Made by a program: the position numbers and the translations under genes. Source: Armatimonadota bacterium (GTDB taxonomy: Bacteria; Sysuimicrobiota; Sysuimicrobiia; Sysuimicrobiales; Kaftiobacteriaceae). From it: a stretch of DNA of 32,656 nt. This document shows positions 26,639 through 32,656 of the stretch, one piece after another. The notes below the pieces were generated by a model. The model saw only the letters and a program-made list of their open reading frames with translations. It was not told the origin of the DNA and ran no database searches. Position 1 is the first letter of the stretch. Each line of letters opens with the position of its first letter. Location of the stretch: contig JACPRY010000012.1 of NCBI GenBank assembly GCA_016193565.1, positions 1 through 32,656 on the forward strand, given 5' to 3'.

Positions 26639-27367
26639 ATGGAACGAGTGAGTCTGGAAGCGAAGCGCCGCGATGGCACGGGAACGAGCAAGGTGCGCAA
26701 GCTCCGCCTGCAGGGGCTCGTCCCGGCGGTCGTGTACGGCCGTGGCCGCGAGCCGGTGCCCGTGGCCGTCGACGGGAAGTCGCTGCGCGCATCGCTGCAC
26801 ACGCATGCCGGCCTGAACGTCCTCATCGACCTGTCCATCGCCGACGGCAGTCGCTCGACGGAAACCGTGATGGTCAGGGAAGTGCAGCGCGGGATGTTCA
26901 GGCGCGAGATCATTCACGTGGATTTCCACACGATCGACCTGACGGAGACACTCGAAGCGCACGTGCGGTTGGTCTTCACCGGCCAGGCGAAGGGCGTCGT
27001 CGACGACGGGGGCGTGTTGGAGATCCACCTCCGCGAAGTCGTTGTCGAGTGTCTGCCGGCACAGATTCCCGAGTCGATTGAGATCGACATCTCAGCGCTG
27101 GGCGTGGGGGACTCGCTGCACGCCAGCGATATCAAGATGCCCGCTGAGGTGACGATGGTCACGTCGGCCGAGGAGGCGATCGCCACAGTCGTCATGCCCA
27201 AGGAGATCGAAGAGGTGGCGCCTGCGGCTGCGGCGGTGCCTGAAGCGGCGGCAGAAGCCGCGGCCCCCGAGGCAGCGGCGCCGGCAGAGGGCAAGCCGGC
27301 CGAGAAGGCTGGTGAGCCTGAGAAGCCCGAGAAACCTGAGAGACCCGAGAAGAAGGAGAAGGGGTAG
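26639..27367 (+). CDS. rplY: 50S ribosomal protein L25 / general stress protein Ctc
   Basis: MERVSLEAKRRDGTGTSKVRKLR...VVYG... L25/Ctc fold. Ala/Pro/Glu/Lys-rich C-terminal tail (PEKPEKPERPEKKEKG). Confidence 0.9.
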   Translation: MERVSLEAKRRDGTGTSKVRKLRLQGLVPAVVYGRGREPVPVAVDGKSLRASLHTHAGLNVLIDLSIADGSRSTETVMVREVQRGMFRREIIHVDFHTIDLTETLEAHVRLVFTGQAKGVVDDGGVLEIHLREVVVECLPAQIPESIEIDISALGVGDSLHASDIKMPAEVTMVTSAEEAIATVVMPKEIEEVAPAAAAVPEAAAEAAAPEAAAPAEGKPAEKAGEPEKPEKPERPEKKEKG

Positions 27368-27424
27368 CAGTCGAACCCCAATCGGCAGTCAGCAGCCGGC
27401 AGTCAGTAGTTTCATAGGGAAAGT

Positions 27425-27465
27425 CGCAGAAGGCAGGTGACGGGAAACTGTCGCTGCCTTCTGCG
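27425..27465 (+). terminator. perfect 12-bp stem-loop (CGCAGAAGGCAG / CTGCCTTCTGCG, 17-nt loop) after rplY
   Basis: 58 nt after the rplY stop. No U-tract. Confidence 0.4.
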
Positions 27466-27518
27466 TGTCTGGAGGCTCTTGACTGGCGACTGCAGGCTGC
27501 CGACGGCTGACTGGTGCG

Positions 27519-28109
27519 ATGAAACTCATCGTCGGGATGGGCAACCCAGGGCGCCGGTACCGGGGAACGCGCCACAACGTGGGCTGGGAGGTGCTCGAGT
27601 GTCTGGCCCGCCGCCACGACGTGACGATCGATGACGACACGGGCTGGGCTGAGGTCGGACGGGGAACGATCGGTCCCCACCGCGTCGTGCTGGCGCGGCC
27701 GGTGACCTACGTGAACGCGAGCGGCATGGCGGTCCAGGATCTCAAGCGCCGCCACCGCGTACAGGTTGAGGACATCTTCCTGATCGTGGACGATCTCGAT
27801 CTGCCCCTCGGCCGGATGCGGCTGCGGCCGAAGGGAAGCGCCGGCGGGCACAACGGACTGAGATCCGTGATCGAGGCGTTGGGCAGCGCCGAATTTCCGC
27901 GGCTGCGCATCGGGATCGGACGGCCACCGGCGGGGGTCGATGCCGCGGACCACGTCCTCACACGGTTCACCGACGAGGAGCGGCAGGGGCTGGAGGCCGC
28001 CCTGGTCCGCGCGGCGGAAGCCCTCGAGGTCGCGATTACTGAGGGCCTCGATGTCGCGATGAACCGGTTTAACGCGAAAACGAACCTCGGAAACGAGGAA
28101 ACAAGGTAA
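27519..28109 (+). CDS. pth: peptidyl-tRNA hydrolase
   Basis: MKLIVGMGNPG..YRGTRHNVG... The last about 8 codons and the stop lie inside the repeat palindrome. Confidence 0.9.
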   Translation: MKLIVGMGNPGRRYRGTRHNVGWEVLECLARRHDVTIDDDTGWAEVGRGTIGPHRVVLARPVTYVNASGMAVQDLKRRHRVQVEDIFLIVDDLDLPLGRMRLRPKGSAGGHNGLRSVIEALGSAEFPRLRIGIGRPPAGVDAADHVLTRFTDEERQGLEAALVRAAEALEVAITEGLDVAMNRFNAKTNLGNEETR

Positions 28110-28167
28110 CGAGGAAACGAGGCATGGCAGTTACCGGTTTCCTAGTTTCCTCGTTTCCTGGTTTCCG
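28089..28167. repeat. palindromic octamer array: (GGAAACGA-like)x4, 15-nt spacer, (NGTTTCCT)x4
   Basis: ggaaacga/ggaaacaa/ggtaacga/ggaaacga ... ggtttcct/agtttcct/cgtttcct/ggtttccg. Spans the pth stop. Confidence 0.75.
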
Positions 28168-28175
28168 CCGTTGAG

Positions 28176-28181
28176 TATAAT
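28176..28181 (+). promoter_or_regulatory. perfect TATAAT -10 hexamer for hppA
   Basis: 9 nt after the palindrome. AAGGAG SD and ATG follow 72 nt downstream. Confidence 0.5.
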
Positions 28182-28253
28182 TGCGGAAGGAACTTTTATG
28201 ACTGATCGCGTTCCACCAGCGCTTGATACTCTCACCACAAGGAGTCAGTACCG

Positions 28254-30605
28254 ATGAGTGAAGCGTCAATCACGCTCCCGCAGTTCGGCCCGCTGGAGAC
28301 CACGCTGCTGTGGATTGTGCTGGCCAGCAGCATCGTCGCGCTGGCTTACGGCTGGTATCTCCGGCGCCGCGTGCTCTCGCGCGATCCCGGGCCGGCCTCG
28401 ATGGTCACGGTGGCCACGGCTATCCAGGAAGGGTCAATGGCCTACCTGACCCGGCAGTTGCGGACGATGATGGGCTTTATCATCGTTGTCACAATCGGCC
28501 TGTTTCTGCTGTACCGGCCGATCTACGCGAATCAACCCGTGCTGGCGTACGGGGTCGCCGGCGCGTTCCTGCTCGGCTGCTTCGCCTCGTACGGCGCCGG
28601 GTTCGTGGGCATGACGTCCGCGGTGCAGGGGAATGTGCGCGTGGCCAACGCCGCACGCCGGAGCTATCGTGAGGCGCTGCACATCGCCTTCCAGGCCGGG
28701 ACGATCTCCGGTATGTTCACCGTAGGCCTGGGACTGCTCGGCGCCACGATCATCTTCATGCTGTTCCGGGACAACGCAACGAGGGTCCTGGTGGGCTTCG
28801 GTTTTGGCGGCTCGCTCGTCGCAGCGTTCATGCGCATCGGGGGCGGAATCTACACTAAGGCGGCCGACGTCGGTGCCGACCTGGTGGGCAAGGTTGAAGT
28901 CGGCATCCCCGAAGACGATCCGCGGAACGCGGCCGTGATCGCCGACAACGTGGGCGATAACGTCGGCGACTGCGCGGGAATGGCGGCTGACGTATTCGAG
29001 AGCTACGAGGTCACGCTCGTGGCCGCCATCATCCTCGGCGCGGCGACGTTGCTCGACCCTGAGTTTGTCACGCGGTACGGCGGCCCGGCGGCTGCGGGCG
29101 CGTTCGCCCTCAAGCTCATCATCTACCCGCTGCTGGTGCGCGCCATCGGCGTCTTCGCCTCGTTGTTCGGCACGTGGGTGGTGCGCGGCCGCGACGAGGA
29201 GATCGGCGATCCGATGCGGCCGATCAACTTTGGATTCTGGGCCGCCGCCCTCATCGCCGTCGTCGGCTTTGGGCTGGTCAACATCGTCTACCTGCGCGAC
29301 CCGGCAACGGGCAACCCAGACTTCCGGTTCTTCTTCGCGACGCTGACGGGCATCATTCTGGCTCTGATCATCAGCTGGCTGACTGAGCTCTACACTCATC
29401 CCGACCGGGGGCCGGTGACGGAGATCGCGTACTCCGCCAAGACCGGGCCCGCGACGTTGTTGCTCACGGGCCTGGGGACCGGGCTGGAGAGCACGGTCTG
29501 GAGTATCCTGGCGATCGCCGTCACGCTGGCGACGTCCTTCGCCATCTTCGGCGGAAGCGTGGCGCTGGCGGCGTACGGGATCGCGCTGGCCGGATTGGGA
29601 TTACTGACGACCACAGGCTTCATCCTGGCGATGGATACGTTTGGCCCGATCGTGGACAATGCCAACGGCATCTTCGAGATGTCGGGCGTTGAGCGCGGCG
29701 GGTCGCGCGCAGGGCGGATTGTCGCGCGGCTGGATCAGGTGGGAAACACGACCAAGGCCCTGACGAAGGGCTTTGCGATTGCCACGGCGGTCGTGGCGGC
29801 GATTGCGCTGTTCCGATCGTTTATCGGTGAGGCCAGACTGTTCGTGAACGTCGGGGACCTCATCGGGGCCGGAGCGCAGGGGGCGTCGGAGATGCTGTCA
29901 CGGGTCGGCATCCAGGTGAATCTCCCGCTCATCTTCATCGGCATGCTCATCGGCGGGGCCGTGCCGTTCCTGGTCTCGGCGTTCCTCATCCGCGCCGTCG
30001 GCCGATCGGCGTTCCTCGTGGTAGAAGAAGTCCGACGGCAGTTCCGCGAGATTCCGGGATTGCTGGCCGGGACGGCTCGGCCGGATTACTCCCGGTGCGT
30101 GGACATCGTCACCAAGGCCTCGCAGCGCGAACTGCTTGGGCCGGGGATCATTGGCATCAGTGTGCCGGTACTGGTCGGGTTCGGTCTCGGTGCCGGCGCG
30201 CTCGGCGCGTACCTCGCAGGTGCGATCCTCACGGCACAGTTGCTCGCAGTGTTCATGGCCAACACCGGCGGCGCCTGGGACAATGCGAAGAAGAAGATTG
30301 AAGACGGCTACCTGGGCGGGAAGGGCACGGACGCACACAAAGCCGGCGTGATCGGGGATACTGTCGGCGATCCGCTCAAGGACACGGCCGGGCCAGCGCT
30401 CAACCCGCTGATCAAGGTCATGAACCTGGTGGCGATCCTCATCGCGCCCGTGGTGATCCGGCCGCTGTCCTCCGGCGTGCGGATCGGCGTCGTCATCATC
30501 GCGCTCGCGCTGGTCGCGGTCGCCGTGATGCTGAGCCGGCGCACGACCATTCAAGAGGGAAAAACAGCGGCACAGGTACCCGTGCCATCGCCGCGCAAGG
30601 TGTAG
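28254..30605 (+). CDS. hppA: membrane-bound proton-translocating pyrophosphatase
   Basis: 16-TM H+-PPase motifs (GGIYTKAADVGADLVGKVE, DNVGDNVGDCAGMAADVFESY). GNTTKA signature suggests the K+-independent subclass. Confidence 0.95.
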   Translation: MSEASITLPQFGPLETTLLWIVLASSIVALAYGWYLRRRVLSRDPGPASMVTVATAIQEGSMAYLTRQLRTMMGFIIVVTIGLFLLYRPIYANQPVLAYGVAGAFLLGCFASYGAGFVGMTSAVQGNVRVANAARRSYREALHIAFQAGTISGMFTVGLGLLGATIIFMLFRDNATRVLVGFGFGGSLVAAFMRIGGGIYTKAADVGADLVGKVEVGIPEDDPRNAAVIADNVGDNVGDCAGMAADVFESYEVTLVAAIILGAATLLDPEFVTRYGGPAAAGAFALKLIIYPLLVRAIGVFASLFGTWVVRGRDEEIGDPMRPINFGFWAAALIAVVGFGLVNIVYLRDPATGNPDFRFFFATLTGIILALIISWLTELYTHPDRGPVTEIAYSAKTGPATLLLTGLGTGLESTVWSILAIAVTLATSFAIFGGSVALAAYGIALAGLGLLTTTGFILAMDTFGPIVDNANGIFEMSGVERGGSRAGRIVARLDQVGNTTKALTKGFAIATAVVAAIALFRSFIGEARLFVNVGDLIGAGAQGASEMLSRVGIQVNLPLIFIGMLIGGAVPFLVSAFLIRAVGRSAFLVVEEVRRQFREIPGLLAGTARPDYSRCVDIVTKASQRELLGPGIIGISVPVLVGFGLGAGALGAYLAGAILTAQLLAVFMANTGGAWDNAKKKIEDGYLGGKGTDAHKAGVIGDTVGDPLKDTAGPALNPLIKVMNLVAILIAPVVIRPLSSGVRIGVVIIALALVAVAVMLSRRTTIQEGKTAAQVPVPSPRKV

Positions 30606-30635
30606 CGTCCTTATCCACCTGATCTGAAAACGACG

Positions 30636-32504
30636 ATGGCGCTGGCCTCGCTCAAGCGTGTGCTGGTCGGTCCGCCGCTGGACACTCAGCAGCTGATCCA
30701 CCAGCGCATCAGCAAGTTGAAGGGCCTCGCGGTCTTCGCTTCTGATGCGCTCTCGTCTACCGCGTATGCCACCGAAGAGATTTTGCTAGTCCTCGTCGCA
30801 GTCGGCGCGGCGGCGCTGTCGCTGGCGCTGCCGGTCGCCGTAGCGATCTCCGCCGTGCTCGCGATCGTCGCCTTCTCCTACTATCAAACGATTCACGCCT
30901 ATCCGTCCGGCGGCGGCGCCTACATCGTCGCGCATGACAACCTGGGCATCTGGCCCGGTCTGGTCGCGGCCGCGGCGCTCCTCATCGACTACGTGCTGAC
31001 CGTGTCGGTGAGTATCGCCGCGGGCGTGCGGGAATCTGCCACCGTCTTCGCGGTTCCGACCTACCTGTTCATCGGCAGCCTCGGCGCGCTTGTGGCCGTT
31101 GGATTGATCCGGACGGTGGGGCAGCCTCCGGTTCCACCGCAGGTCGAGCCTGGTGGCGCGCTTGCTCCCGTGACCCTGTTTCTGCTCCTCAGAGCCTACG
31201 CCAGCGGTTCGGTGGCGGTGACGGGAGTGGAGGCGATCAGCAACGGCATTCGCGCCTTCCGCACGCCGGAGTCGCGGAACGCCGGCATCACGCTCGTGTG
31301 GATGGCGGCGATCCTCATCTCGCTGTTCCTGGGGCTCACGGTGCTCGCGCGCCAACTGGGGATCGTGCCGCAGGAGCAGGAAACCGTCGTGTCGCAGATC
31401 GCCCGCTCCATCTTCGGCGGCGGAGCCTTCTACTTCGTCGTGCAAGCGGCGACTGCACTCATCCTCATCCTCGCGGCGAACACCAGCTTCGCCGACTTCC
31501 CGCGGCTATCGTCGATCCTGGCCCGCGACAGCTTCCTGCCCCGGCAGCTCTCGCAGCTGGGCGACCGGCTCGTCTTCGCGAACGGCATGTTTCTCTCGTT
31601 CACGCTCTCCCAGAGCGGCATGGTGAAGCGCTGGTGGACACGGCGAGGCCCCGGCTGGCTGCGCAACTTGCTCATCAACGGACTGCGGGCGGCGACAACC
31701 GCAGTCGTACTGGCTGTCGTCGTCGTCACGAAGTTTGTCCACGGTGCCTGGATCGTGCTGCTGCTCATCCCCGCCAATGTGTGGATCATGTACCGGATCT
31801 ACGCCCACTATCATAGAGTCCGGGAACAACTTACGCTGGAGGGCGCGCGCGCGCCCGATCCGATCCACAAGCACAAGGTCGTCGTGCCGGTCGGCGGCAT
31901 GCACCGCGGAGTGCTGCAGGCGCTGCGCTACGCGAAGTCGCTCGGCGGCGACGCCGTGGCGGTCACCGTCGACGTCGACCCTGGTCGAACCAAAGATATC
32001 GAAAGCAAGTGGGAGCGGTGGGGCCTGGGGATTCCGCTCAAGGTGCTGCCCTCACCCTATCGCTCGGTGCTTGAGCCGCTGCTTCGCTACCTGAATGATC
32101 TGGAGTGGGAGATCGGGTTCGACCAGCAAATCACCGTGGTGCTGCCGGAATTCGTCCCGCTGAGGTGGTGGCACTTCTTCCTGCACGGCCAAAGCGCGTT
32201 CCTCTTGAAGCTCGCGCTCTTTTTCCGCCGCCGGCAGGGATACCGCGTCACCGTGGTCACGGATGTCCCGTATTACCTCACGGGCGACGAGCCGGCGGCG
32301 GCTGTGGTTCCCGCACCAAGGCCGCTTGCCGTTCCGATCCTTCTCGCCGCGACCGCTGCGGCCGGAACGGGAGGAGCGTTCGCCGTCTCCCTGGCCCGTG
32401 AGTGGCCTCCGATCGTGACAGAAGTCTTGGGCATCGCCTTTGTCATTGCCCTCGCCGCGATGTCGTTTCTCCTGCTCGTGCGCGCCGTCGTCAGCGGCCG
32501 CTAG
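30636..32504 (+). CDS. kimA: KimA-type (YdaO-like) APC-superfamily K+ importer with C-terminal cytoplasmic domain
   Basis: Collinear with B. subtilis KimA from memory: LKGLAVFASDALSSTAYATEEILLVL, YPSGGGAYIVAHDNLG, C-terminal ...QSAFLLKLALFF... Cannot be aligned here. Confidence 0.75.
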   Translation: MALASLKRVLVGPPLDTQQLIHQRISKLKGLAVFASDALSSTAYATEEILLVLVAVGAAALSLALPVAVAISAVLAIVAFSYYQTIHAYPSGGGAYIVAHDNLGIWPGLVAAAALLIDYVLTVSVSIAAGVRESATVFAVPTYLFIGSLGALVAVGLIRTVGQPPVPPQVEPGGALAPVTLFLLLRAYASGSVAVTGVEAISNGIRAFRTPESRNAGITLVWMAAILISLFLGLTVLARQLGIVPQEQETVVSQIARSIFGGGAFYFVVQAATALILILAANTSFADFPRLSSILARDSFLPRQLSQLGDRLVFANGMFLSFTLSQSGMVKRWWTRRGPGWLRNLLINGLRAATTAVVLAVVVVTKFVHGAWIVLLLIPANVWIMYRIYAHYHRVREQLTLEGARAPDPIHKHKVVVPVGGMHRGVLQALRYAKSLGGDAVAVTVDVDPGRTKDIESKWERWGLGIPLKVLPSPYRSVLEPLLRYLNDLEWEIGFDQQITVVLPEFVPLRWWHFFLHGQSAFLLKLALFFRRRQGYRVTVVTDVPYYLTGDEPAAAVVPAPRPLAVPILLAATAAAGTGGAFAVSLAREWPPIVTEVLGIAFVIALAAMSFLLLVRAVVSGR

Positions 32505-32514
32505 CCGCCGAAGG

Positions 32515-32656
32515 CTAATCCACCTTCACCTGCGGGCGTCCGGTATCGCGGTGCCCTTTCCGCAGGTCTTCCCGCGCTAGCCGGGCCAGTTCCTCATACC
32601 GTGCCCGTAGGATGTCCAGGTCGCGCTCGGTCAGTTCCTCCAGGTCGAGCAGCGCG
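32515..32656 (-). CDS. hypothetical protein, C-terminal 46 codons only (partial; start beyond the right edge)
   Basis: Open minus-strand frame with high GC3 ending in TAG at 32515-32517: ...ALLDLEELTERDLDILRARYEELARLAREDLRKGHRDTGRPQVKVD*. Convergent with kimA. Confidence 0.3.
   Translation of the reverse strand, partial: ALLDLEELTERDLDILRARYEELARLAREDLRKGHRDTGRPQVKVD

Noticed and set aside
6597-28167. Possibility that the repeat arrays are CRISPR arrays
   Set aside because: Units are 7-9 nt and directly abutting with no spacers, and there are no cas genes. They are not CRISPR.
30606-30635. Operonic or functional coupling of hppA and kimA as a novel system
   Set aside because: Both are individually common housekeeping transporters. 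Adjacency alone is insufficient, so it is kept only as a low-interest note.
28434-30701. Minus-strand ORFs 28434..29399 and 29898..30701
   Set aside because: Antisense to hppA. His/Arg/Asp-rich low-complexity products.

Overview
High-GC (roughly two-thirds G+C by eye), densely coding bacterial chromosomal segment. Gene order resembles Firmicutes/Terrabacteria housekeeping loci (rho-rpmE-tdk-DUF1385-prfA-prmC-tsaC-rpiB-upp; rplY-pth). Left to right: a glycogen/sugar cluster (glgC partial, GH57 branching enzyme, NAD-epimerase, PGI/PMI, MsmK-like ABC ATPase), an SPFH protein, a complete accD-accA-accB-accC operon on the minus strand, htrA, argS, an SLH-domain protein, fsa/tal, rho, a LysM-M23 peptidase, rpmE, tdk, DUF1385, prfA, prmC, tsaC/sua5, rpiB, upp, then a low-GC two-gene insert, rplY, pth, hppA, a KimA-type K+ transporter and a partial minus-strand ORF. 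Two things are not explained by ordinary annotation. (1) At least ten locus-specific arrays of 3-5 tandem 7-9 nt units (GGGAACG, GGAAACGA, CGTTCCCN, GTTGAAG, TCTNTTGAA, GACAACGC). Several are arranged as long palindromes. Five are followed within about 9-32 nt by a perfect TATAAT hexamer, which is highly unexpected at this base composition. Some lie in frame inside prmC or are translated as C-terminal tails of argS, tdk and pth. (2) A low-GC cassette encoding a Zn-ribbon + LAGLIDADG homing-endonuclease-like ORF translationally coupled to a dCMP deaminase, followed immediately by a host-composition 3' remnant of a displaced dCMP deaminase gene. No rRNA/tRNA genes, CRISPR array or classical IS/transposase were seen.
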